Shown here one piece after another: positions 22,275-32,835 of a stretch of DNA of 64,000 bases. Under the pieces are notes generated by a model that saw only the letters and a program-made list of their open reading frames with translations, made no database searches and had not been told where the DNA came from. Origin of the DNA: an uncultured cyanobacterium (GTDB taxonomy: Bacteria; Cyanobacteriota; Cyanobacteriia; Cyanobacteriales; Nostocaceae); the NCBI GenBank assembly GCA_963706595.1, contig OY970166.1:4992001-5056000 (forward strand), read 5' to 3'. The first letter of the stretch is position 1. Each line of letters begins with the position of its first letter. The translations under genes and the position numbers were made by a program.

Positions 22275-23054
22275 ATGAACACATTAACTCCAGCTATTCA
22301 AGTCAAAAATCTCAGCTTTTACTACAGCACCACTAAAGCAATTGATAATGTCTCCATAGATATTTATCACAATCAAGTAACTGCACTTATAGGACCTAGT
22401 GGTTGTGGTAAATCAACCTTCATCAAGAGTCTGAATCGGATTGGCGAATTAGAAGGTTCCGTCAAAGTAGAAGGACGTGTAGAATTTTTGGGTCAAAATA
22501 TTTATGACCCCCGCATCAACTTAAATCGATTACGCCGCCAAATTGGTATGGTGTTCCAAAAACCAAATCCTTTTCCCATGAGCATTTACGAAAATGTTGC
22601 TTATGGGATCAGAATAGCTGGCAGATGTTCACAAATGGAATTAGATGCAATAGTGGAATCTGCTCTAAAAGGTGCTGCACTTTGGAATGAAGTCAAAGAT
22701 AAGTTAAATAAATCAGCTTTAGGTCTTTCCGGTGGTCAACAACAACGACTTTGCATCGCCCGTGCTTTAGCTGTCAAACCAAAAGTTCTCCTCATGGATG
22801 AACCTTGTTCGGCTCTTGACCCCATTGCTACCATGAAAATTGAGGAACTAATCCAGAGTTTGCGCTCTGAATTGACGATTGCTATTGTGACTCACAATAT
22901 GCAGCAAGCCACTCGTGTTTCAGATTTCACGGCTTTTTTCAGCACCGATGAAAGTCGTATTGGTCAAATGGTTGAATTTGGTGCCACAAATCAAATATTT
23001 AACAACCCTCTAGATTCCCGCACTCATGACTATGTTTCAGGACGTTTTGGTTAA
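22275..23054 (+). CDS. pstB: Phosphate ABC transporter ATPase
   Basis: [45 protein letters not shown]. Confidence 0.97.
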   Translation: MNTLTPAIQVKNLSFYYSTTKAIDNVSIDIYHNQVTALIGPSGCGKSTFIKSLNRIGELEGSVKVEGRVEFLGQNIYDPRINLNRLRRQIGMVFQKPNPFPMSIYENVAYGIRIAGRCSQMELDAIVESALKGAALWNEVKDKLNKSALGLSGGQQQRLCIARALAVKPKVLLMDEPCSALDPIATMKIEELIQSLRSELTIAIVTHNMQQATRVSDFTAFFSTDESRIGQMVEFGATNQIFNNPLDSRTHDYVSGRFG

Positions 23055-23097
23055 AGCACTTTTATATAGTAATCCGCTTTGATTTTTGATAGCTTGC

Positions 23098-23168
23098 GTA
23101 GGGGGGAGTGGGGAGTGGGTAGGGGGGAGTGGGGAGTGGGTAGGGGGGAGTGGGGAGTGGGGAGTGGG
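23098..23168. repeat. STRR-type heptamer tandem repeat (GGGGAGT) with a 21-bp higher-order unit
   Basis: Directly visible after pstB. Confidence 0.9.
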
Positions 23169-23672
23169 AAAAAGCCATTTTGAGTTGTACTGATTATTGA
23201 ACAAACACGTAAGTAAGTGGCGTGTTAGCCCAGCGTAATACACCGACGGCACACTACGTCAAAACTTTAGCGATAGTCCAAGATTTTGGGTCATTTATTT
23301 TTTGGAACACTCTTAGCTAAATTGGCATTTTTAGGTTTTTTTAAGAAAATTTTACAAAATACAATTACGTAAATAATACAATACTGTAGTCTTATCTTCA
23401 TGAAAACTTTACAAAATCAATGATTATCTTACTTAAAAAAAATAATTGCAACACTTATAGTGACTAGCTTTTAGCGTTTATGTTGTTTTCCTGATCATGT
23501 ATTGTTTATATGAATTAAGATGCTGACTGTTGCATGTAACCGTAGAAATATGCGATTTATAGAGTGACTACACGCTTTGGCGCTTTGAATAACAAACATA
23601 GATAGTCAATGGACTCGCTTTGATTTGTTTTTAAGGCTATTTCCTCTTGCAACTTTGGAGAAGTAGATATCA

Positions 23673-24302
23673 ATGTCTAATAATCAATTAATGAGAAAAG
23701 CAACTTTAACTGCAAGTGTTGTCGGTATAGTTGGTTTATCCAACCTTTTGAGTGTTAAAGCATCCCACGCGGCAGGCTTCAATATTAATATACCTTTAAA
23801 CACCTATACCCTTAGCGGTGATACCTCTTTTTCGGCTCCCAATAACCTACTGTTTGATGATTTTTTCAAAGATGATTTCATTCTGTTTGAGGGAGTAGGA
23901 ACAGCTATTTCAGTAAATTCTCCTTTCGTTGAACCTAAGAAATTCAAGTCTGTGTTCGCACACTTCGATTATGCATTTGTTACAGGTCCGGAGCCTAGCG
24001 AATTTAAATTCAGTCTCTTTAACGACACAGAAGATGAAACTACCTTTTTTGAACTTTTATCTGCATCTACAGGAGAGACAGCATCCATCGAGCTTACTAA
24101 CTTTTATACCAAACCAGGCAATTACCAATTGAACTTTTCAAGTAATGGTGGTCAAGCAGGCTTTAATAATTTTGTAATCAAGGTAGAGACAGTACCGGAA
24201 CCTACTACCACCATTGGCTTGCTAGCTTTAGGAATTGGTGCAGTAACTCTGAAGCGTAAAGGTAAATTTAGCCTTGGTGTATTATCAAAATCAGCTTCAT
24301 AA
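23673..24302 (+). CDS. PEP-CTERM sorting-domain surface protein
   Basis: N-terminal signal peptide (ASHA) and C-terminal VPEP + TM helix + KRK. Confidence 0.9.
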   Translation: MSNNQLMRKATLTASVVGIVGLSNLLSVKASHAAGFNINIPLNTYTLSGDTSFSAPNNLLFDDFFKDDFILFEGVGTAISVNSPFVEPKKFKSVFAHFDYAFVTGPEPSEFKFSLFNDTEDETTFFELLSASTGETASIELTNFYTKPGNYQLNFSSNGGQAGFNNFVIKVETVPEPTTTIGLLALGIGAVTLKRKGKFSLGVLSKSAS

Positions 24303-25000
24303 GTAAATAGACGGTTATAGATATTACAAAACCCAGATACCCGATTTCTTGGTGAAGTCGGGTATTACTTTATTTTTTTATATTTAATTAACTCAAAAAT
24401 ACATTAATGCTTGTATGCGTTTATATATGCTTACTTTTTTTATGCCATACAGTTTTATAGTAATTATATAATTTATACAAATAATACTTAAATTAACAGC
24501 AAGCTGCTATTCTGGGAACATAACCTATATCTGCCCACATCTCGTTACAAAATGAAGAGATGTTACTTTAGCATCCTGACTACATTCTCAGCAAATTCAC
24601 TTATATCTATGGACTGAATACACCCAAAATTATTATATTCCTGACAGGACTCACAAGGAATGGGATAATCAGATGACAATTTAAGGTAATAAATCTACTG
24701 TTTCAACCAAAACTCATTAGGTGTCAAGAAAATTTTCTAGTGTTATTTGCTTGATTTTAACTTTATCAAATAAGCATAACACATTTCATTAACTTGGAAA
24801 AAAGCCGCCTTTAATTAAAAGATGCCAAAACGAGCATTTATTTTGACGCTGGGTAGTCATCAATGAATGAGTAATAGCTTCCGTTATTCTGCCTTTATTC
24901 GTAACTATAACGAATCCATATTGACTTCACAAATAACAAAACAGTCATACTTATTTTTGCTGATTTGTTTGCTCAATATCTATTGTACAAGTTTTTTAGC

Positions 25001-25786
25001 ATGAATAAACTAAGTCCAGCTATCAAAGTTAAAAATCTCAGCATTTTTTACAATACCCAAAAGATACTTGAAGGGGTATCAATGGATATTTATCAGAGCA
25101 AAGTCACTGCAATTATTGGAGCTAGTGGTTGTGGAAAGTCTACTTTTCTGAAATGCCTCAATCGCATGATTGAATTAGAGCCAAAAGTCCGGGTTGAGGG
25201 CAGGGTAGAATTTTTTAATCAAAATATTTATGAGCGTCGAGTCAACTTAAATCGGCTTCGTCGCCAAGTGAGTATGGTACTCCCAAAACCGAATCTTTTT
25301 CCGATGAGTGTTTACGATAATGTGGCTTATGGAGTGAAAATAGTCGGGTGGCATCCGAAAGCAGAATTAGACGCGATTGTAGAATCTGCCATTAAAGATG
25401 CCGATCTTTGGGATGAAGTGAAAAATAAATTGTACAAGTCGGCTTTAGACCTTTCTGGCGGTCAACAACAGCGACTATGCATTGCTCGTGCTTTAGCAGT
25501 TAAGCCACAAATTATCCTCATGGATGAGCCTTGTTTTGCTCTTGATACTACTGCTAGCATGAAAGTTGAAAGTTTAATCCAAAGTTTGCGTTTGCGTTCA
25601 GAATTGACAATGGTAATTATTAGTCACAACTTGCAGCAAGTTAATCGCTTATCGGATTTCACAGCTTTCTTTCATAGTAATGAAAATAGGATCGGTGAAA
25701 TGATTGAATTTGGTGCTACAAAAAAAATCTTTACTAACCCTCTGGATTCTCGTACCCGTGAGTACGTTTTTCCCCATCTTAGTTGA
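25001..25786 (+). CDS. pstB: Second, divergent PstB-like ATPase
   Basis: Clear paralogue of 22275-23054; Q-loop and D-loop substitutions; probable start ATG 25001. Confidence 0.88.
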   Translation: MNKLSPAIKVKNLSIFYNTQKILEGVSMDIYQSKVTAIIGASGCGKSTFLKCLNRMIELEPKVRVEGRVEFFNQNIYERRVNLNRLRRQVSMVLPKPNLFPMSVYDNVAYGVKIVGWHPKAELDAIVESAIKDADLWDEVKNKLYKSALDLSGGQQQRLCIARALAVKPQIILMDEPCFALDTTASMKVESLIQSLRLRSELTMVIISHNLQQVNRLSDFTAFFHSNENRIGEMIEFGATKKIFTNPLDSRTREYVFPHLS

Positions 25787-26025
25787 GCTATTTTTTGTAA
25801 AACTATGACATTTTTAGGGCAAATTGCCGTTTAAATCTATTTAATCTCTCCGGGAAAGCAGATTTGTGGATTTGTGGAACTTCTGCTCAGAGTTTAGCTA
25901 ATTTTCAAGTAATTTCTTTAAGTATTCTCACGGATATCAGGGGTTTTTAGCTAGATATAAAATAGTCTTAATTACTATCTTTAATGATGTTCTGAAGCCG
26001 ACTATCCTAATGTAATGTATGAGTT

Positions 26026-27414
26026 ATGTCAAATGATGAACGGTTGCGATCTACTTATAATTCTGACTTAATTAACCAACTTAGTATTTCTGTTTGTAAT
26101 GAAATTATGCCGACTTTACAGCAGCATTCTGAATTAGTTATTGTAAATTACCGAAGTTTTGACTGGAGACAACCTCAATACAAATCTGCACTCATAGCTG
26201 AGTTAAACAAAAAAATCAGCGATTTGGCAGATTATGCTACACTGATGCCAATGATTAAAGAATATTTGGGGCTTTTTCTAGTTCCAAGTTTTTTCTCTTC
26301 GCCAACTTTCCGCAATCTAGAAGTAATCATTGATGAGTCAATCCAACGCCTCAATTCGATTGAGTTAAATAGTCAAGATATTTTAGAGCCGCTTAAAAGT
26401 TATTTTTATCGTCCAGCGATCGCTATTTTATTGCTAGATGCAGAAAATTTACAACTCGACAGTAAAATGGAACAGTTTTTAACAACAGTTTCCACCTATC
26501 CCCTGCAAGTCAAAATTGCCTTTGCTAATTGGTCTAAAATGGGTAAACGGGATGAAGAATTACATCAGCGTGGATACGAATTAATTCACGTTCCTGTCGG
26601 TAAAGATAATGCTGATGGTAAAATGATTGCTTTGGGTTCGTCAGTTCATGAACGTTACACCCATGCTAAGGAAGTTATAGTTTGTTCGTCAGATAAAGTG
26701 ATGACTAATCTGTGCAACCATCTTCAGCAAAATGGATTAATAGTTTATCAGGCTATTAAGAAAGAAGAAGTCCTGATAGTATTGAATAGCTCTACAGGAA
26801 AACCCATCACACAATTTCCCAATTCTACTCCTGAGATTCCCACAATTGAAATTTGTCTTCAACAAATTAAACAGTTAATCCAAGCAGAGCAAAAACAAAA
26901 GAAAGTTTATTGGGTTAAACTTTCCGCTCTTTCTAAAAGTTTTAAAGATAAATATAATTTTACTATCAGTCAAGTAGTTTCTCAGCATTTACCTGGGAAA
27001 AGAGCGAGAGATATTTTTATTAACTATCCGGCTGAATTTGCGGTTCACCAAGTCGATACATCATCTGAAATATACATAACACTATTTCACATTAATCAGT
27101 CGCCGCCACTAAATAGTACAGAAAATGGTTCATTAAGTAGTAAGAATAAATCTCCCTTATTATCTAGTATTAATTCCGCAGCAGATTTAGAAAAAGCACT
27201 CCAGGATATTCTCCAGGAGTTAACGATAAAATCTTCTGCGAGCTACATTGATATTAGCCCTTTGGGTGTTGAATTTAGTCAGCGCTATGGTGAACGGATA
27301 AATGAGCAAATCAAATCTTTAAAGTTGACAGGTAATTTTATTAAATTTTTGCAGTCGTGTAAATCTTTTAACCTGAAGCAAACAGGGAAAGGATGGCAAG
27401 TTGCTTTACGTTAG
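26026..27414 (+). CDS. NYN-domain (PIN-like) protein with probable C-terminal OST-HTH/LOTUS domains
   Basis: LLLDAENL, KDNADGK, CSSD motifs; two C-terminal segments resembling LOTUS (LSALSKSFKDKY; ISPLGVEFSQRYG...FIKFLQ). Confidence 0.75.
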   Translation: MSNDERLRSTYNSDLINQLSISVCNEIMPTLQQHSELVIVNYRSFDWRQPQYKSALIAELNKKISDLADYATLMPMIKEYLGLFLVPSFFSSPTFRNLEVIIDESIQRLNSIELNSQDILEPLKSYFYRPAIAILLLDAENLQLDSKMEQFLTTVSTYPLQVKIAFANWSKMGKRDEELHQRGYELIHVPVGKDNADGKMIALGSSVHERYTHAKEVIVCSSDKVMTNLCNHLQQNGLIVYQAIKKEEVLIVLNSSTGKPITQFPNSTPEIPTIEICLQQIKQLIQAEQKQKKVYWVKLSALSKSFKDKYNFTISQVVSQHLPGKRARDIFINYPAEFAVHQVDTSSEIYITLFHINQSPPLNSTENGSLSSKNKSPLLSSINSAADLEKALQDILQELTIKSSASYIDISPLGVEFSQRYGERINEQIKSLKLTGNFIKFLQSCKSFNLKQTGKGWQVALR

Positions 27415-27669
27415 ATTCTCCGATCATATATACTGATATTTTATATCTGGCATTTCTAGGCATAAACCCAGATAAGGTTAAAAGATGCGCGATAGTGCTA
27501 CCTTATTTATATGGAATTTTATCACTTAATCAAGGGGTTTGGCGGAAACAACATCAATTTTTTTTGTGCAAAATGTAAGGTGTATGATTAATGAAGAAAT
27601 ACTTGATAATCTAGCAAAAAATTGAAAAATTACAGATAGGTAAGCTGTTGTGCTGGATTCTCAGGATTT

Positions 27670-28710
27670 ATGAACATCGATCACGTTCACTTTTATGTCG
27701 AAGATGCCAAAGTCTGGCGAGATTGGTTTGTACACCACCTGGGGTTTACAGCAGTAGATAGTAGCATCGCTTCGGTTCACACTTGTACAGAAGTGGTGAG
27801 CAATGGGATCGTGCGCTTTTTGCTGTCTTCAGCTTTATTACCTACGAGTCCGGTGGCGGCGTTTCTGCGGGAACATCCCCCTGGGGTAGCAGATGTGGCT
27901 TTTGCTCTGGAAGATGTGGAAGGAGCGATCGCACTGGCTGAAACTCACGGCGCTACTGTCATTCAACCCATGCAGTCACAGCCGTTTGGTGATGTCTCCC
28001 GCAAGTGTGGTAAAATCGCCGCTTGGGGTGGGTTGTCTCATACGTTGATTGAAAGCTCAGGAGTGACAACTGTTGATGCAGAACAAACCACAGGTCATAC
28101 TTTTACTGCTATAGATCACATTGTGCTGAATGTAGCAGTAGGTGAATTAGAGTCGGCTGTTGCTTGGTATGCAAAAATTCTCGATTTTCAACCCCAGCAA
28201 AGTTTTAAAATTAAAACCGACCGTTCTGCTTTATATAGCCAAGTCATGGTTTCCCGTAACGGTAGGGTACAATTACCGATTAATGAACCAGCTTCCCGTA
28301 ATTCCCAAATTCAAGAGTTTCTGGATGTGAATCGCGGACCGGGAATTCAACACATCGCCTTGGGGACTGCTAATTTAATTAGTGCGATCGCTCAATTTCG
28401 CTCTCGTGGTTTATCTTTACTGTCTGTTCCCCAAACTTACTACTCACAGCTGCAACAGCGCCCCGGATTCCCTCTCTCAATGCGAGAACTTGAGGCGATC
28501 GCCCAGCAAGAAATTTTGGTGGATTGGAAAGAAAATGCCCAAAATGCCGTATTATTACAGATTTTTACTCAGCCCATTTTTGGACAACCGACTTTTTTCT
28601 TTGAGTTTATTGAGCGCCGTTATCAAGCTAAAGGTTTTGGGGAAGGTAATTTTCGCGCTTTATTTGAGGCCATTGAAAGTGAGCAAATTAAACGCGGCAC
28701 TTTGCAATAA
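27670..28710 (+). CDS. hppD: 4-hydroxyphenylpyruvate dioxygenase
   Basis: IDHIVLN, SQIQEFL, GIQHIAL, LLQIFT, GFGEGNFRALFEAIE. Confidence 0.96.
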   Translation: MNIDHVHFYVEDAKVWRDWFVHHLGFTAVDSSIASVHTCTEVVSNGIVRFLLSSALLPTSPVAAFLREHPPGVADVAFALEDVEGAIALAETHGATVIQPMQSQPFGDVSRKCGKIAAWGGLSHTLIESSGVTTVDAEQTTGHTFTAIDHIVLNVAVGELESAVAWYAKILDFQPQQSFKIKTDRSALYSQVMVSRNGRVQLPINEPASRNSQIQEFLDVNRGPGIQHIALGTANLISAIAQFRSRGLSLLSVPQTYYSQLQQRPGFPLSMRELEAIAQQEILVDWKENAQNAVLLQIFTQPIFGQPTFFFEFIERRYQAKGFGEGNFRALFEAIESEQIKRGTLQ

Positions 28711-28750
28711 CTAATGGGATAATTGTCATAAAAATTCACAACTTCCGCCA

Positions 28751-29431
28751 ATGCTAAGACTAATCACCGACTTCGACGGTCCGATTATGGATGTGTCTGA
28801 ACGGTATTACCGTGTTTATCAATTTTGTTTGCAGCAAATCCAACATCCAGAACAATCTGTGCAACAACTGGACAAGGCGGAATTTTGGCAATTAAAGCGA
28901 TCGCGCGTCCCGGAAAGACAAATTGCCTTAAACTCTGGTTTGGATGCCACCCAAGCCCAAGAATTTGCCCAGTTACGGCGAAAAACCGTACACACAGACA
29001 ATTATTTTCAGCATGACATTCTGATCCCAGGTGCTGTAGAGGCGCTGTTAAAAATTCAACAGGCTGGAATTGATTTGGCTGTGATGACAATGCGTCGAGT
29101 CCGGGAACTAGATTATGCGGTGAAAAAATACGACTTAGACAGTTTTTTTCCTCAAAATCGCTGCTATTGCCTGGAAAACGATTATGTTAAAACTACTGAC
29201 ATTGAAGATAAGCCCTTGTTGATGCAACGGGCTTTAGCAGAACTTCCCGAAGCCGCCGATACTTGGATGGTGGGAGATACAGAAGCCGATATTGCGGCGG
29301 CGAAAAAATATGGTATTAAGGTGATGGCTGTGGAGTCTGGGATTCGCGATCGCACTCAATTAGAAATTTACCAACCCGACTTAATTGTTCAGGATTTGAG
29401 TACAGCTGTCAAAATCATCCTCGAATCTTAA
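28751..29431 (+). CDS. HAD-family hydrolase
   Basis: DFDGP motif I, MVGDTEAD motif IV. Confidence 0.9.
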   Translation: MLRLITDFDGPIMDVSERYYRVYQFCLQQIQHPEQSVQQLDKAEFWQLKRSRVPERQIALNSGLDATQAQEFAQLRRKTVHTDNYFQHDILIPGAVEALLKIQQAGIDLAVMTMRRVRELDYAVKKYDLDSFFPQNRCYCLENDYVKTTDIEDKPLLMQRALAELPEAADTWMVGDTEADIAAAKKYGIKVMAVESGIRDRTQLEIYQPDLIVQDLSTAVKIILES

Positions 29432-29537
29432 CGAGTCGAAATTAGCTAACAGTGCCTGATATTAACAACATGGGTAACAGATACAATTAAGTTATCTATT
29501 ACCCTTGATCAATCTAAAATTCAAAATACTCATCGGC

Positions 29538-30164
29538 TTAACGTAGAAAACTGCTAATGAGCCACAACACTATAAATGTTAACACTGTCGAGAACTGCTC
29601 AGAAGTTAGCTGTCCCAAATTTATTTGCGGTAAGAGCCAGCTAGCAAGTAGCCCCCCGACAACTAAACCGACAATCAAACCAACCAGCGTCAATAAAACT
29701 GCTCTACCAAACTTCCCTTCTTTGCGTTTCAGGAAGTAAACACTGATGCCTACACCTACCACTAAAGCCAACTGTAAAACCTGATCGCCTGCCGACTGAG
29801 TAAATACACTAATAGTACTTAAACCCAAATACCAAGCTCCAGGTAACAGTATATCTTTAGGCGCGGGTTGATCGAGTATTCGTTGCAGCCATGCAGGCGA
29901 CTGCTCGCGTGGAGTGGGACTTTCTTTTGAAGGCAGTTGTACTCGTAGTTCTGGAAATCTGATTCGTTCAGGTACTTTAATTTTACCTTCCTGGCGCATC
30001 CGTAGGCGATCCATTAAAATCGCATCGTAAGCTACTTCAATCAGTTCTAGACTGTTGGCATCGCCATTGTATTGCTCCAATTGGCGATTACGAGCATCCT
30101 GAATTTCATCGAAGCTAGCATCTTCTGATACCCCAAGTTTCTCGTAGGGATTTTGATCGCTCAT
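29538..30164 (-). CDS. CPP1-like (DUF3353) J-like domain membrane protein
   Basis: NPYEKLGVSEDASFDEIQ, AYDAILMDRLRMRQEGKI, C-terminal TM helices. Confidence 0.85.
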   Translation of the reverse strand: MSDQNPYEKLGVSEDASFDEIQDARNRQLEQYNGDANSLELIEVAYDAILMDRLRMRQEGKIKVPERIRFPELRVQLPSKESPTPREQSPAWLQRILDQPAPKDILLPGAWYLGLSTISVFTQSAGDQVLQLALVVGVGISVYFLKRKEGKFGRAVLLTLVGLIVGLVVGGLLASWLLPQINLGQLTSEQFSTVLTFIVLWLISSFLR

Positions 30165-30858
30165 GGGAGTTTATACTTTCTTTAGCCTTAGTCAGCGGCA
30201 GTTTTTTGCTTTTTGAAAAAACAACTTTAGGTTTTATCTTGATTCAAACCAACGTATGAACCCATTTTTATGCCCTACAAGGATAGTAGCATGGGTTAGT
30301 TGGATTGACTGGGAATTCTGAACTACGTCAACTTTAACATATTGCCATAACACTGTGTATACACTCATTACTTTGGTTTATGAGCGATTTACTCTATAAT
30401 TTTAACTAGAGATGCCAAAAACGCATTTTTTATGAAAAAGTTAACATTTGGCATTTTTAGAGAGAGTATGTTGAGGAAATTTTCAGGAATTAGCCTCACG
30501 ATAGCTTGTAGGTATGTATCCACCACATATAGATTTAAAATCAAAAAGATTTAAATCCCCACTTAATTGGGAAAATAAAGCCTACTAGGTAACGGAACTG
30601 CTATGGAAAATCTTGAGAAAATCGGTCTAGTACACATTGAACTGGATAATTACAATACCCGTACTTAAGTATATGTGTGACTAGCACAATTTTCTTACTT
30701 TCATTTTCCAGAATTCTGATTACACTATTATTCTGGATAATCAGGAAATGCCTTCCTTACCCTTGTAAAGTCTTAAATAACTCCCAAAGTGGAAACTGCG
30801 TTTTTACGCAAACCTCCTTCTGTGTTAATCTTATGAATTTTTGTGCAAAGTGATGGTC

Positions 30859-31578
30859 ATGGCTCCCGCCAAGATTCTTGTAGTTGATGACGACCCTGCG
30901 GTCCGAAATTTAATCCAACGCTTTTTGATGAAGCAGACCTATCAGGTGGAGGCTGCTGAGGATGGTAAAACAGCCTTAGCCCTATTTGAGCAATTCAACC
31001 CAGATTTGGTAATTTTAGATGTAAATTTACCAGATGTGATTGGGTTTAACCTCTGCCAGGAAATGCAAAGTCGTAATGGTGTTTTTGTGTTGATGCTGAC
31101 TAGCCGCGCTGACGAAGCCGACAAAATTCGCGGCTTTTCTAAAGGTGCTGATGACTATCTCACCAAGCCATTTGGACTGGGAGAGTTAGAAGTGAGAGTA
31201 GCGGCAATTTTGAGACGACAGCGGATTGTGACTACCGCTGAACAGAAACGTCTAGTATTTGAAAAGTTAATGATCGATCCAGCACGACGGGAGGTCGCAC
31301 TGAACAACCAAGCAATACCCTTAACTGCGCTAGAATTTGACTTATTGCATTTTCTCGCTAGCCATCCGGGTAGAGTCTGGCGACGTGCAGAACTGATTCA
31401 AGAGGTCTGGGATTATGAATATGTTGGCGACCAACGGGTTGTAGATGTACACATCGGTCAAATTCGTAAAAAGATTGAAATCGATGCTAGCCAACCAGCA
31501 CTAATTCAAACCGTACGTGGCGTAGGGTATAAGTTTGAATGTCCCGCTCACTCCCCGCAGTTGGAAACTCATTCGTAA
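30859..31578 (+). CDS. OmpR-family DNA-binding response regulator (no kinase adjacent)
   Basis: ILVVDDD, LDVNLP, KPF receiver motifs; winged helix VDVHI...TVRGVGY. Confidence 0.93.
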   Translation: MAPAKILVVDDDPAVRNLIQRFLMKQTYQVEAAEDGKTALALFEQFNPDLVILDVNLPDVIGFNLCQEMQSRNGVFVLMLTSRADEADKIRGFSKGADDYLTKPFGLGELEVRVAAILRRQRIVTTAEQKRLVFEKLMIDPARREVALNNQAIPLTALEFDLLHFLASHPGRVWRRAELIQEVWDYEYVGDQRVVDVHIGQIRKKIEIDASQPALIQTVRGVGYKFECPAHSPQLETHS

Positions 31579-31615
31579 GTGCATCGTCTCTGGTCTAGAG
31601 TTTTTTACGATTCGT

Positions 31616-31657
31616 GAGGCGTAAAACCCCCGTCATTTATGCGGGGGAGTGCGTCAA
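31616..31657 (+). mobile_element. Isolated IS200/IS605-type end hairpin ending in GTCAA
   Basis: CCCCCG-TCATTTATG-CGGGGG then AGTGCGTCAA, the layout of an IS605 right end. Confidence 0.55.
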
Positions 31658-31974
31658 AAAAAACTCTTGATTAACTAACTAAATTTATATTGCGGTAAAC
31701 TAGCCCAATAAAATCAAATAATTGGTGATTCCGCACTAAGTGTCGCTACGCGAAAATACATCCAGTATTTGTTTTTGCCTAGCAAAAAAGCAATACTGGA
31801 TGCAATCGTTATCACCCACATTATATCCCACCACTGATTCGGAGTACCAAATTCAGTGGGGGACTTACGGCGTAACAGTTAATTTTCTGGAATGTGGCCT
31901 GGCTGAAAAAATGGTGTGTTGCGCTAGACAACACACCCTACTGGACAGACACGCTTAAAATGTTGCAAAAAATT

Positions 31975-32046
31975 GTAGGTTGGGTTGACGTAAGGAAACC
32001 CAACATCATTGGTCGCGTTGGGTTGCGCTGCGCTTAACCCAACCTA
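31975..32046. repeat. GTAG-type REP-like palindromic repeat
   Basis: GTAGGTTGGGTT...AACCCAACCTAC with an internal pair of CCCAAC/GTTGGG arms. Confidence 0.7.
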
Positions 32047-32274
32047 CGTCTAATGCACTACTTTAAGCTTGCCACGCCACTACAAACAAGGATTTGGAAT
32101 AATTTAATAATTTGTGTTGTGTACACGCTAGTCCCATGCTCAGGTAGGAGCCAGAATCACACAGCGTTTAAGTAAGTTGGCAAGAACAATTTTCACTAGG
32201 TGGTGAGAAATATTTTTGCCCACCGACTTTGCATGACTTTGGATTTCTGGCTAATTAGTGCATTGCATTTATAT

Positions 32275-32472
32275 TTAACAGTTATGAAACAATGTTTCTA
32301 AATATACACGGGCAGCGCGGCGATCGCTCTCGCCATTTTGAAGTAAAAACAAAGACAAGGCAGCCGTCAGCACTCGATTTTGATCCCAATCGGGGTGTGC
32401 TTCTAAGTAATTTTTAAGGGATTCATCTAGTGTTTCGGGAATTTCTGTAAAGATACTAACTGTTGCGTTCAT
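32275..32472 (-). CDS. DUF2811 family small protein
   Basis: EIPE...HPDWDQNRVLTAALSLFLLQNG; probable start MNATV. Confidence 0.85.
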   Translation of the reverse strand: MNATVSIFTEIPETLDESLKNYLEAHPDWDQNRVLTAALSLFLLQNGESDRRAARVYLETLFHNC

Positions 32473-32835
32473 GAGTTTTTCCTTCTCTGAGGTCAATCAA
32501 GAGAGACAAGTTGCTTCCAGTGATGCGGAATGTGGGTTACATAGTCCTGCCTTTAACTGACAATTTACACCAGCCTCTAAGGTGATTTTTGGTGTCAATG
32601 GTTGAACAGACTATACAAGCCAGTCGCATCATTGTGCGCCAAGAGGGGGTGGGTTTGTCAATGCTGCGAAATGTTAAATCTGGTGGTATAAAAAACAAAT
32701 CCTGACGCAATAATCAGGATTTGCGCCAATTTTTTGTTACGCAACTTCATATAAACTCAGTGACTCAGGCTGCTTGCTATTCTTAATCAACAATCCCCAA
32801 TAAAACTGCAACTGCCTATTAGCTCGTAAAACATC

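Noticed and set aside
23037..23252. 71-aa ORF with PTPHSPLP repeats; also ORFs 32870-33139 and 45905-46150
   Set aside because: Translations of STRR repeats that overlap real genes; no coding evidence.
32518..32634. 6S RNA or SRP RNA assignment for the long hairpin
   Set aside because: No SRP GNRA-loop motif or recognisable 6S central-bubble sequence; kept as an unassigned structure.
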